This document shows positions 24,183-32,879 of a DNA stretch of 39,069 nt, piece by piece. How positions within the stretch are numbered: position 1 is the first letter of the stretch; each line of letters opens with the position of its first letter. This stretch comes from Frankiales bacterium (lineage in GTDB: Bacteria; Actinomycetota; Actinomycetes; Mycobacteriales; SCTD01). The notes beneath the pieces are model-generated. The model saw only the letters and a list, made by a program, of their open reading frames with translations. It had not been told where the DNA came from and did no database searches. A program made the position numbers and the translations under genes. The stretch spans positions 1 to 39,069 of the forward strand of contig JAODNF010000479.1 in NCBI GenBank assembly GCA_025464915.1. Reading direction: 5' to 3'.

Positions 24183-25385
24183 GTGACCGACGTGCGTGAG
24201 CTGGGGTTCGACCCGGCCCGGCTGGCCCGGCTCGACAAGCAGCTCGCGCGGCACGTCGACGCCGGCCGGCTCGCGGGCTGGCAGCTCGCCGTCACCCGGC
24301 ACGACCAGGTCGTGCACGACACGGTCTACGGCTGGCGCGACCGCGAGGCGGGACTGCCGGTCGAGAGCGACACCGTGTGGCGGATCGCCTCGATGACCAA
24401 GCCGATCACCAGCGTGGCCGCCATGACGCTGTGGGAGGAGGGCGCCTTCGACCTGAACGACCCGATCAGCCGGTGGCTACCGGAGTTCGAGGACATGCGC
24501 GTCTACGTCAAGGGCGTCGACCGCACGATGGTCACGATCCCTGCGGTCGAGCCCATCCGGGTGTGGCACCTGCTGTCCCACACGTCGGGCCTCACCGCCG
24601 GCTTCATGCGCGTCGGTCACGTCGATGCTCTCTACCGCGAGGCCGGCTACGAGTTCGCCGCGCCTCCGCAGAACCAGACTGTCGGCGACTGCGTCACCGA
24701 CTGGGCGGGCCTGCCGCTCGTCTTCCAGCCGGGCACGGCGTGGGGGTACGGCGTCAGTCACGACGTCCTCGGCCGGCTTCTCGAGATCTGGACCGGGCAG
24801 ACCCTCGACGTGGCCTTCCGCAACCGGGTGCTGGACCCGCTGGGCATGACGGACACGGTCTTCACCTGCGACCCGGGGCGGCGCGAGCGGCTCGCCTCTC
24901 TCTACCTGCCGGACGACGCCGACCAGGCGGTCCGCTCGCCGATGAGCGACCTGCCGATCGAGCCGACGATCCTGTCCGGCGGTGGCGGCCTGCTCAGCAC
25001 GTGTGCCGACTACGTGCGCTTCACGCGGATGCTCGCCGGCTCCGGCGAGCTCGACGGCACCCGGTTGCTCTCGCGCCGCACCGTCGACCTGATGCGCTCC
25101 AACCACCTGCCCGGCGACCTCGCTCAGCTGTCGTCCGGCGGCTTCGCCGAGACCACGCTCGACGGCATCGGCTTCGGCCTCGGGTTCGCCGTCGTGGTCG
25201 ACCCGCTGAAGGCGCACAGCGTCGCGAGCGTCGGCGAGTACAACTGGGGCGGCATCTTCAGCACCTGCTTCTGGGTCGACCCGGTCGAGGACCTGACGGC
25301 GGTCTTCATGACGCAGCTGATGCCGTCGAGCACCTTCCCGATCCGCGCGCAGCTCCGCCAGCTCGTCTACAGCGCCCTCGCCTGA
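24183..25385 (+). CDS. Serine hydrolase, beta-lactamase/transpeptidase-like fold (400 aa)
   Basis: SxxK motif 'IASMTKPITSVAAM', 'LLSHTSGL', 'WGYGVSHDVLGRLLE', 'YNWGGIFSTCFWVDP'. CAGGAG SD 6 nt before the GTG at 24183. Starts 13 nt after the upstream stop. Confidence 0.85.
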   Translation: MTDVRELGFDPARLARLDKQLARHVDAGRLAGWQLAVTRHDQVVHDTVYGWRDREAGLPVESDTVWRIASMTKPITSVAAMTLWEEGAFDLNDPISRWLPEFEDMRVYVKGVDRTMVTIPAVEPIRVWHLLSHTSGLTAGFMRVGHVDALYREAGYEFAAPPQNQTVGDCVTDWAGLPLVFQPGTAWGYGVSHDVLGRLLEIWTGQTLDVAFRNRVLDPLGMTDTVFTCDPGRRERLASLYLPDDADQAVRSPMSDLPIEPTILSGGGGLLSTCADYVRFTRMLAGSGELDGTRLLSRRTVDLMRSNHLPGDLAQLSSGGFAETTLDGIGFGLGFAVVVDPLKAHSVASVGEYNWGGIFSTCFWVDPVEDLTAVFMTQLMPSSTFPIRAQLRQLVYSALA

Positions 25386-25521
25386 CACGGGCACCGCCAC
25401 CACCGGGCTAGTTCGTTCGGGTCATCTTTCGATCTGCCTCGCGATGTCCATGGTCCGGGTGGGGCGCTTGTGGTGATCTTTGAGCGCTCGAGTCCCAGAC
25501 GCCCGATGAGGGGTGATCGCG

Positions 25522-27141
25522 GTGCGGATCCCAGGTCGTCGCCCCTGGCGGATCGTCGTGCTTTCCGCGGTCGCGATCGCATCAGGGCCGACGTTCGCGT
25601 CGGCCAGGCCCGCGCCGCCACCGACGCTGGCGCCGGTCATCGTGCAGGCGGGCAGTGCCGCGGCAGCACGCGCCGCGGTCCAGTCGGTCATCGCGCTGGC
25701 CGGCGGCACCGGGACGATCCCGTACGACCTGCCCCTGGTGAACGGCGTCCTCGCCAACCTCACCACCCCCGAGATCAGCCGTCTCACGTCGTACGTCGTG
25801 ACCCCGGACGCCGCCGTTCTTCCCGCCGGGAAGGTGGTCCCGGCGGCAGCGCCGCGACAGCTCGACAACGTCTTCCCGCAGGTCACCGGAGCGACCAGGA
25901 TCGTTGCCGGGGGCAACAGCGGCCAGGGCGTCGGCGTCGCCGTGCTGGACACCGGTGTCGCGCCGCTCGCGGACTTCGCAGGTCGGCTGCGCACGGGTGT
26001 CGACCTGTCGGGGGAGGGCAACGCCCAGCTCGACAGCTACGGCCACGGCACCTTCGTCGCCGGGCTGGTCGCCGGCAACGGGGCGTCCAGCAACGGGACG
26101 TACGTCGGTGAGGCACCGGCAGCGACGGTCGTACCCGTGAAGGTCGCGGGCAAGTCGGGCAGCACGACGCTCTCGACGGTCATCCGCGGCCTGCAGTGGG
26201 TCAAGGACAACACGACCGACGGCATCCGCGTCGTCAACATGTCCCTCGGCGCGATCCCGACGACGTCCACCGCCCTCAACCCGCTCGACCAGGCCGTCGA
26301 GGTCATGTGGCGGTCCGGCTTCGTGGTCGTCACATCGGCCGGCAACAACGGCCCGAACAAGGGCACCATCACCTCGCCCGGTGACGACCCGCTGGTCATC
26401 ACCGTCGGTGCGCTCGACGACAAGGACACGGTCGCGACGGCGGACGACGCGGTGCCGTCTTTCAGCAGCCAGGGACCGACGCCGTGGGACGGCTGGTGGA
26501 AGCCCGACCTGCTGGCACCCGGGAAGTCGGTCGTCAGCGTCACGTCGACGACGTCGGTCGTGTGGAACGCCAACAAGACCGCCCGCGTCGGCACGAAGAG
26601 CTTCGTCGGGTCGGGCACGTCCTTCGCGGCCGCCATCACCAGCGGTGCGGCAGCGATGCTGCTGCACGAGAACCCGCTCGCGACGCCGGACAACGTCAAG
26701 GCCGCGCTGCTCACGACCACCAACGCCGGACCGAGCCCGCCGCAGTCGCCGTTCGTCCAGGGACACGGCGTCCTCGATGTCGGACGCGCCGTCGACGAAC
26801 CGCTGATCAGCCTCGCACAAAGCGTGAGCGCGATCGTCCCGCCGGCCGCTCTCGGGCTCCCGGTCTCGTTGGTGACGCGCCAGGCAGTCTCGACATGGGC
26901 GACGGTCAGTGCGGCCGACCAGCCGTTCTACGCGGGGCTCTACCCGTTCCCGTACTCCGGTCCCGCGACCACCGCCACCGACGGCGGCTCCCCTCTGTTC
27001 CAGTCGTCGGCGTGGAACAGCAGCGCGTGGAACTCGTCGGCGTGGAACAGCAGCGCGTGGAACTCGTCCGCCTGGAACTCGAGCGCCTGGAACAGCAGTG
27101 CCTGGAACTCGAGCGCCTGGAACTCGAGCGCCTGGAACTGA
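25522..27141 (+). CDS. Secreted S8 (subtilisin-family) serine peptidase with a C-terminal (SSAWN)x9 tail (539 aa)
   Basis: Triad motifs 'VAVLDTGV' (Asp), 'YGHGTFVAGLVAG' (His), 'GSGTSFAAAITSGAAAML' (Ser). Signal 'RIVVLSAVAIASGPTFASA'. GTG 25522 is preferred (GAGGGG SD 8-9 nt upstream); GTG 25513 is the alternative. Confidence 0.9.
   Translation: MRIPGRRPWRIVVLSAVAIASGPTFASARPAPPPTLAPVIVQAGSAAAARAAVQSVIALAGGTGTIPYDLPLVNGVLANLTTPEISRLTSYVVTPDAAVLPAGKVVPAAAPRQLDNVFPQVTGATRIVAGGNSGQGVGVAVLDTGVAPLADFAGRLRTGVDLSGEGNAQLDSYGHGTFVAGLVAGNGASSNGTYVGEAPAATVVPVKVAGKSGSTTLSTVIRGLQWVKDNTTDGIRVVNMSLGAIPTTSTALNPLDQAVEVMWRSGFVVVTSAGNNGPNKGTITSPGDDPLVITVGALDDKDTVATADDAVPSFSSQGPTPWDGWWKPDLLAPGKSVVSVTSTTSVVWNANKTARVGTKSFVGSGTSFAAAITSGAAAMLLHENPLATPDNVKAALLTTTNAGPSPPQSPFVQGHGVLDVGRAVDEPLISLAQSVSAIVPPAALGLPVSLVTRQAVSTWATVSAADQPFYAGLYPFPYSGPATTATDGGSPLFQSSAWNSSAWNSSAWNSSAWNSSAWNSSAWNSSAWNSSAWNSSAWN
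27004..27138 (+). repeat. Nine tandem 15-bp units encoding SSAWN, running to the stop codon of the S8 peptidase
   Basis: Units 1-4 alternate tcgtcggcgtggaac / agcagcgcgtggaac (Ala = GCG). Units 5-9 use GCC for Ala (tcgtccgcctggaac, tcgagcgcctggaac, agcagtgcctggaac, tcgagcgcctggaac x2). The peptide is invariant while codons vary. Confidence 0.98.
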
Positions 27142-27144
27142 CCC

Positions 27145-29826
27145 ATGTCCCTCCCGACCCGCGCCCGTGCCGTCATCTACGCGGTGGTGGCGTTCGCCCT
27201 GGCCCTCGTGCTGGGCATCCGGGCGGGCTTCGCCGATCAGGGTCTCGGTGGCCTCGGGACCCTCGCCCTGATCAGTGGCGTGATAGCGGCCGCCTGGGCG
27301 CGCCCGCTCATCGTCTACCGGGGTCACGCCTCGGAGGCGGTGCATGCCGACGAGGGCCTGCTGCTCGTCGCACTGATGCTGCTGCCGCCGCAGGGTGTGC
27401 TCGTCGTCGTGGCGGTCGCGGGAGTCGCCGGTCAGGTCGTGCACCAGCGGCCGTTGGTGAAGGCAGCCTTCAACTGGGCTCAGGTCATGGTCGCCGCCTC
27501 CCTCGCCGTGCTCGTGGCTGAGGCGCTTCCCGGGCCACCGCTGGTCGTGGCGCTCGCGGGGGTCGCGACGTTCTTCTGCCTGAGCGCGCTGCTGATCGCC
27601 GCGATCATCGCCGTCACCTCGGCCACGTCGTTGCGGGCGGCCCTGCTCGACGGGGCGGAGCTGCGGCTGCTCGTGCTCGCTGTCGGCTGCGTCCTCACCG
27701 CGCCGGTGGGACTGGCGGCGATCGGGAGCGCCCGGGCCGTCGGGCTGCTGCCGCCGCTGTACGTGGGGATGCGCTGGGTGCTCGCCGGTCGCTTCGATGC
27801 CCGGCACGACCGCGACCGGCTGACAGGGCTGTTCGACGCGACGCTGGCCGTGCACCGGCCGCTGGCCCAGGCCGACGTCGGCGCCGAGCTGACCCGCGTC
27901 GCCGGGGAGCTGCTGCGCTGCCCCCAGGTGCGGCTGTCCGCCGAGGAGCCGGCTGAGGGCGAGACGAGCAGCCGCATCGACGTCGAGGGGAGCCCGGTCT
28001 GGTTGTCGGTGGCGGGGCGGCAGCACTCCGAACCGATGGATGCCGCCGACCAGCGGCTGCTGGACGCGCTCGCGGCCGTCGGGCAGTCGGCGCTGTCGCA
28101 CGCCGAGATGTACGCACGGGCACAGCGCCAGCGCGACGAGCTGACCGCCATCATGGGCGGCCTCGCCGAGGGGGTGGTCGCCTTCGACGCGTCGGGGCAG
28201 CCGGTCTACGTCAACCCTGCCGGCGCGGCCCTGCTCGTCACCGACGCGGCCCTCCGGTCGGGTGAGGTGCGGACTGCCCGGGACTCGCTCGTCGCCACGG
28301 CTCGCAGGTGCTTGCGCACCAGGGCCGCCGTGAGCGACGAGGCAGCCGTCTTCCTCCGCTTCGACGGCCTGACGTTCCCCGCGAGCTACACCTGTGCCCC
28401 AGTCCTCGACGATGACGGCGTGGCCGTGGGTGCCGTGCTGGTCTTCCGCGACGTCAGCGAGCGCATCGCCGCGGAGCGGGCGCTCACCCACAACGCCTTT
28501 CACGACCAGCTGACCGGTCTGCCGAACCGGCGGCTGTTCCTCGACCGGCTCGACCAGGCTCTGCTGCGGGGTGCGCAGAGCGGGACGACGGCAGCCGTGC
28601 TGCTGGCCGACATCGACCGCTTCAAGGTCTTCAACGACAACCTCGGTCAGCAGGCGGGCGATGAGCTCATCCAGGAGATCGCGCGGCGCATCGCCCTGGT
28701 CACCGGTCCCTCCGACACCATCGCGCGGTTCGGTGGTGACGAGTTCACCGTGCTCGTCGAGGCGGACACCGACGCGGCCAGGCTGCTCGCGACCCGCATC
28801 GTCGACCAGCTCTCGGTCCCGGTGCGACTGTCAGAGGGACGCCAGGTCGTCGCCTCGGTGAGCATCGGGATCGCCACCACCGTCGCCGGCACGACCGCCG
28901 ACGACGTCCTGCACGACGCCGACGTCGCGATGTCGCAGGCGAAGGCCGCCGGGGTCGGGGGAGTGCACGCCTACGACGCCGGCGCGATGCTGTCGCGCTC
29001 GGCCCACCGCTTCGACCTCGAGGCCGACCTGCGGACGGCGCTCGCGCAGGACGCTCTGGAGGTCTACTACCAGCCCAAGGTCGACCTCGCGACCGGCGAG
29101 ATGCACGACGTCGAGGCGCTCATCCGGTGGCCCGACCCCCAGCTGGGTCTGCGGATGCCCGGCGAGTTCATCCCGGTGGCCGAGGAGTCTGGGCTGATCC
29201 TGCCGCTCGGGAGGTTCGTCCTGACCCAGGCGTCGAGGCAGGCCCACCTCTGGGCCGAGGGCGGCGTCCGCGTCAGCGTCGCAGTGAACCTCTCGCCCCG
29301 GCAGTTCCAGGACGCCGGCCTGACCGAGCAGATCGAGACGGCCCTGCGGCTCAGCGCGCTGCCACCGGAGCGGCTGTGCCTGGAGATCACCGAGAGCCTC
29401 GCCATGCAAGACCTCGAGCTGACCGTGCGGACCTTGCACGAGCTGAAGGCCCTTGGGGTGGAGCTGGCCATCGACGACTTCGGCACGGGGCACTCATCGC
29501 TCAACTACCTCAAGCGCTTCCCGGTCGACGAGGTGAAGATCGACCGCTCGTTCGTCACCAACCTCGAGCACAGCAAGGTCGACCGCGCGATCGTCTCGGC
29601 CGTCGTGGGACTCGCCGAAGCGCTTGGCATCCGGACCGTCGTCGAGGGGATCGAGGACATCGCCCAGCTCGACTGGGTGCGCGAGCTCGGCTGCAGCCTG
29701 GCGCAGGGCTACCACGTGTCCCGGCCGAAGCCGGCGGACGAGGTCACCCCGCTCCTGTCAGCCGCCGGCCGGATCCCCGCGCCTCGGACGACCATCGACC
29801 TGACGCAGGACAGGGCCTACCGCTAG
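27145..29826 (+). CDS. Membrane-anchored sensor with PAS-like, GGDEF and EAL domains (c-di-GMP cyclase/phosphodiesterase, 893 aa)
   Basis: About 6 N-terminal TM helices. 'DQLTGLPNRRLF', 'DIDRFKVFNDNLGQQAGDE', 'RFGGDEFTVLV'. EAL side: 'EALIRWP', 'EITES', 'DDFGTGHSSLNYLKRFPVDEVKIDRSF', 'EGIE', 'QGY'. The ATG is 3 nt after the peptidase stop. Confidence 0.92.
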   Translation: MSLPTRARAVIYAVVAFALALVLGIRAGFADQGLGGLGTLALISGVIAAAWARPLIVYRGHASEAVHADEGLLLVALMLLPPQGVLVVVAVAGVAGQVVHQRPLVKAAFNWAQVMVAASLAVLVAEALPGPPLVVALAGVATFFCLSALLIAAIIAVTSATSLRAALLDGAELRLLVLAVGCVLTAPVGLAAIGSARAVGLLPPLYVGMRWVLAGRFDARHDRDRLTGLFDATLAVHRPLAQADVGAELTRVAGELLRCPQVRLSAEEPAEGETSSRIDVEGSPVWLSVAGRQHSEPMDAADQRLLDALAAVGQSALSHAEMYARAQRQRDELTAIMGGLAEGVVAFDASGQPVYVNPAGAALLVTDAALRSGEVRTARDSLVATARRCLRTRAAVSDEAAVFLRFDGLTFPASYTCAPVLDDDGVAVGAVLVFRDVSERIAAERALTHNAFHDQLTGLPNRRLFLDRLDQALLRGAQSGTTAAVLLADIDRFKVFNDNLGQQAGDELIQEIARRIALVTGPSDTIARFGGDEFTVLVEADTDAARLLATRIVDQLSVPVRLSEGRQVVASVSIGIATTVAGTTADDVLHDADVAMSQAKAAGVGGVHAYDAGAMLSRSAHRFDLEADLRTALAQDALEVYYQPKVDLATGEMHDVEALIRWPDPQLGLRMPGEFIPVAEESGLILPLGRFVLTQASRQAHLWAEGGVRVSVAVNLSPRQFQDAGLTEQIETALRLSALPPERLCLEITESLAMQDLELTVRTLHELKALGVELAIDDFGTGHSSLNYLKRFPVDEVKIDRSFVTNLEHSKVDRAIVSAVVGLAEALGIRTVVEGIEDIAQLDWVRELGCSLAQGYHVSRPKPADEVTPLLSAAGRIPAPRTTIDLTQDRAYR

Positions 29827-29914
29827 TCCGGTGTGGAAGACCCCCTGTGGCGGGGCTCACATTGTGGGGAAGAGGCACACAGGAGGCACAGCGCCGTTGC
29901 CGAAGCCCTCACGC

Positions 29915-31453
29915 ATGGTGCGACTCTCTTCCCGTCGGGTTTGCTCGACAGCCCTGCTCGCGGTGCTCGCCGGCTGCGGGACGACCGTCCCGGCCGCTCA
30001 GCAGGGCGGCTACGGCAGCGGGGGCGGCAGCTCGCTCGTCGACGGCTCCTCGACCACGGGAGCGAGCGCCGGCGGCACGACGTCGGGCCTTGACGGCAGC
30101 TCGACCGCTGGCAGCACCGCCGGGTCCGTCAGCGCCGGCGGGACCGGCTCGTCGGGCACCTCCGGCACCGGTGGGGCGACGGGTGCGGGCACGAGTGGCA
30201 CCGGCGGCCTCGACGGCTCGACGTCCGGGGTGGCCGGTACGACCTCCAGTGGCGGAGGACCGGCCAACTCGGCCCCGCTGAAGGTCGGCGTCTTCTACCT
30301 CAACGGCGGCAACCAGGTCATCAGCTCGGCGTTTCCCGGCAGCTCGGTCAGCTTCGGTGACGGCAAGCGGGAGGCGACGGCGATCATCGACGACATCAAC
30401 AAGCGCCACCTGGCCGGCGCGCACAAGCTGGTGCCCGTGTGGATCGCCATCGAGGCTACCGACAACGACGCGAGCCGGCAGCAGAAGTGTCTGGGCGCGG
30501 TGCAGGACAACCACCCCGTCGCGCTGATGGCCATCTTCAACCTCACCGAGGGCCTGGCGAAGTGCGTCCAGCAGTCGAGCACGCTGATGATCGACGTGGC
30601 CCTGGGCGCCGGTGACGAGCACCTCTACTCGCAGGCCAAGAACCTCGCGTTCAGCCCGAGCCAGATGACGCGCGACGCGGAGCAGAAGCTGGTGCTGACC
30701 CTGGCCCACCAGCAGGGCGAGCTGCCCGCCGGCAAGACCGTCGGGCTCATCGACCAGTCCGACGACCCGATGTACCCGCGGGTCATGCGCACCACCGTCA
30801 TCCCGCTGCTGAAGTCCTGGGGAGTCCCCTACATCGAGCAGTCGCTGTCGAGCGGCTCCGACACCAGCGGCATGTACAACGCCGTCCTGAAGTTCAAGAC
30901 GTCCAAGGTCGACACGGTCGTGTTCAGCCTCGGCAGCGGCGGCATTCCCGAGGTGCTGTTCATGCAGTCGGCCGACCAGCAGCAGTTCCGCCCCGCCTAC
31001 CTGATGGGCGACTCGACGGACACCAACTTCGTCGGCTCTCAGGCGCCGGCCGCGCAGATCAAGCGGATCTCCGGTGCGGGCACCTACCCGCTCGCCAACG
31101 TCCAGGCCGACCAGTACCCCTCGTCCGCCAACGAGAGGAAGCGCCTGGCCGTCCTCAACAAGGCCATCGGCGGCTACAACAGCCGCTACAGCAGCCTCAC
31201 CGGCACGCTCTACTGCGAGATCCTCTACTCCTTCGCCTTCGTCGCCGACCGGACGGCGGGCGTCATCACCTCCTCCGCGTGGTCACAGACGTTCCACGCG
31301 CTCGGCAGCGCGTACCAGCCGGTGACGACCTTCAGCACCCGATTCCGGCCGGGTCGGCCCGACGGTGCGAGCGGCTACCGCGCGCTCGGCTACGGCGCCG
31401 CGTGCAACTGCATCACCTACACGTCGCCGGTCCGCGCGGTCCCCGCGTCATGA
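29915..31453 (+). CDS. Lipoprotein with Gly/Ser/Thr linker and type-I periplasmic-binding-protein-like body (about 512 aa)
   Basis: 'STALLAVLAGCG' lipobox. 'LKVGVFYLNGG', 'GKTVGLIDQSDD', 'KVDTVVFSLGSGG' are beta-strand/loop blocks typical of LivK-like folds. The start is uncertain: ATG 29915, or in-frame TTG 29897 lying 10 nt after AGGAGG. Confidence 0.65.
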   Translation: MVRLSSRRVCSTALLAVLAGCGTTVPAAQQGGYGSGGGSSLVDGSSTTGASAGGTTSGLDGSSTAGSTAGSVSAGGTGSSGTSGTGGATGAGTSGTGGLDGSTSGVAGTTSSGGGPANSAPLKVGVFYLNGGNQVISSAFPGSSVSFGDGKREATAIIDDINKRHLAGAHKLVPVWIAIEATDNDASRQQKCLGAVQDNHPVALMAIFNLTEGLAKCVQQSSTLMIDVALGAGDEHLYSQAKNLAFSPSQMTRDAEQKLVLTLAHQQGELPAGKTVGLIDQSDDPMYPRVMRTTVIPLLKSWGVPYIEQSLSSGSDTSGMYNAVLKFKTSKVDTVVFSLGSGGIPEVLFMQSADQQQFRPAYLMGDSTDTNFVGSQAPAAQIKRISGAGTYPLANVQADQYPSSANERKRLAVLNKAIGGYNSRYSSLTGTLYCEILYSFAFVADRTAGVITSSAWSQTFHALGSAYQPVTTFSTRFRPGRPDGASGYRALGYGAACNCITYTSPVRAVPAS

Positions 31454-32442
31454 GGCGCCGGTTCCTCGCCGCCGCGGCCCTGCTCGTCGCGGCACTGCCG
31501 CACACCGCGAGCGCCGCGGACCACGGCAGCTACACGAAGCACTCGTTCACGAACGCCAAGGGGACGCTCTCCTACACGCTCTACGTCCCGCCCACCGGCG
31601 CTACCCGCCCGAGGAACCTCGTCGTCGTCCTGCCTGGGGCGGGCGAGACGTCCGACGGCGCGATGATGCGCTCGAACTTCAACAAGGTCGCCGAGAAGCT
31701 CCGCTTCGTCGTCGCCTACCCGGAGCAGAGCGTCGCCTACAGCTCCGGGCAGGAGTGGGACTGGGCCGCGGCCAGCAAGGAAGGCCGCACGAACCGCGAG
31801 GCGTCGATCATCGCCGGCCTCACGCGCTACGTGACCAGCACGGTCAGGCTCGACCCGAAGCACGTCTACGTCATGGGCATCTCCGCCGGCGCAGGCATGG
31901 CCAGCGCGATGGCCGTGGCTTTCCCGGACGTCTACTCCGGTCTCGGCATCGAGGCCGGCTGCCCGTTCGACAACGCGGGCTGCGCCGGCGGTTCGGTCAC
32001 CGCTGACCAGTCGGCCGCCGCTGTCGTGAGGGCGATGGGCAGGTACCACCACCGGATGCCCGTCTTCAACGAGTACGGCAGCGCCGATCCGATCGCCGTG
32101 GGGGTCAGCAGCAACCTCGTCGTGCCCTCCTGGCTGACCGTCGACGACCTCCTCGACAACGGCAAGGACGACGGCACTGTCAACCGCGCCGCCGCGGAGA
32201 ACCGGTTGGTCACGCCCGCTGCCCCCAACAAGCCCTACCGCGACCAGGTCTGGCGCGACGCGCGGGGCTGCGCCCTCGGGCGCAACTGGGTCGTCTACGG
32301 CGAGCAGCACGCCTGGTCCGGCGGCACCCCGACCGACTCGAGCGATGTGAGCGCCGACCCGCTGGCCCCCGACGCCTCGACGGCCATGTACCGGTTCTGG
32401 ACCAGCCCCCGGACGCTGAACGGCAGCACCCGCTGCGCCTGA
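31450..32442 (+). CDS. Secreted esterase, PHB-depolymerase family (330 aa)
   Basis: Signal 'RRRFLAAAALLVAALPHTASA'. 'LVVVLPGAGETSDG', 'FVVAYPEQS', nucleophile elbow 'VYVMGISAGAGMA', 'FPDVYSGLGIEAG'. ATGA overlap with the upstream stop (31450-31453). Confidence 0.8.
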   Translation: MRRRFLAAAALLVAALPHTASAADHGSYTKHSFTNAKGTLSYTLYVPPTGATRPRNLVVVLPGAGETSDGAMMRSNFNKVAEKLRFVVAYPEQSVAYSSGQEWDWAAASKEGRTNREASIIAGLTRYVTSTVRLDPKHVYVMGISAGAGMASAMAVAFPDVYSGLGIEAGCPFDNAGCAGGSVTADQSAAAVVRAMGRYHHRMPVFNEYGSADPIAVGVSSNLVVPSWLTVDDLLDNGKDDGTVNRAAAENRLVTPAAPNKPYRDQVWRDARGCALGRNWVVYGEQHAWSGGTPTDSSDVSADPLAPDASTAMYRFWTSPRTLNGSTRCA

Positions 32443-32458
32443 GTGGCACGATGAGCAG

Positions 32459-32782
32459 GTGGCGACCGAGGCGGTGCTGACGGCGGTCGTGTCCCGCGCC
32501 GTGCAGACCGCGGAGCTCGTCGACGACGAGTGCCTGTTCGACCGCGACGACCTCGCCGCAGTGCTGCGCTACTGCGACACCGCCTGGAACAGCGACGCGG
32601 TCCTGGCGGCCGTCGACACCGTGCTGCAGCAGTGCGTCCAGGACCTGGACGCGGCGGGCGCGAGAGCCGCCGGGGTCCTGCGGGCCCGCATCGTCCGGGC
32701 CACCGCACGACGCCAGCTGCCGGTCGAGAACATCCAGGGCGACATCGGCGCCGGCCGCGGCGCGCCCCCCGACGTCCCCTGA
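32459..32782 (+). CDS. Small acidic hypothetical protein (107 aa)
   Basis: Near-uniform G/C at third codon positions across the whole ORF. GTG start 16 nt after the esterase stop. No recognisable motif. Confidence 0.6.
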   Translation: MATEAVLTAVVSRAVQTAELVDDECLFDRDDLAAVLRYCDTAWNSDAVLAAVDTVLQQCVQDLDAAGARAAGVLRARIVRATARRQLPVENIQGDIGAGRGAPPDVP

Positions 32783-32817
32783 CCGGCCCGAACCGCCCTT
32801 CCCGGCAGGTGCCCGTC

Positions 32818-32879
32818 CGCGATCTTCCGAGCCTCGGCCTCGCTCACGGCGTGCCCGGCACCAGACGCGGAAGATCGCG
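32818..32879. repeat. Perfect 12-bp inverted repeat CGCGATCTTCCG / CGGAAGATCGCG with a 38-nt spacer, in a 253-bp non-coding gap
   Basis: Arms at 32818-32829 and 32868-32879. Sits between the convergent genes ending at 32782 (+) and 33036 (-). May act as a stem-loop or bidirectional terminator. Confidence 0.6.

Noticed and set aside
25386-25521. Leader upstream of the S8 peptidase / GGDEF-EAL pair as a c-di-GMP riboswitch.
   Set aside because: I could not recognise the conserved GEMM-I/II sequence blocks, and the segment is short. It is more simply a promoter/5' UTR region.
27004-27138. The SSAWN repeats as a multi-core RiPP precursor. The Trp-Asn-Ser motif is loosely reminiscent of darobactin/dynobactin-type cores.
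   Set aside because: No radical-SAM, cyclase or other maturase gene is nearby. The repeats are the C-terminus of a 539-aa enzyme rather than a short precursor. The flanking genes are a c-di-GMP enzyme and a hydrolase.
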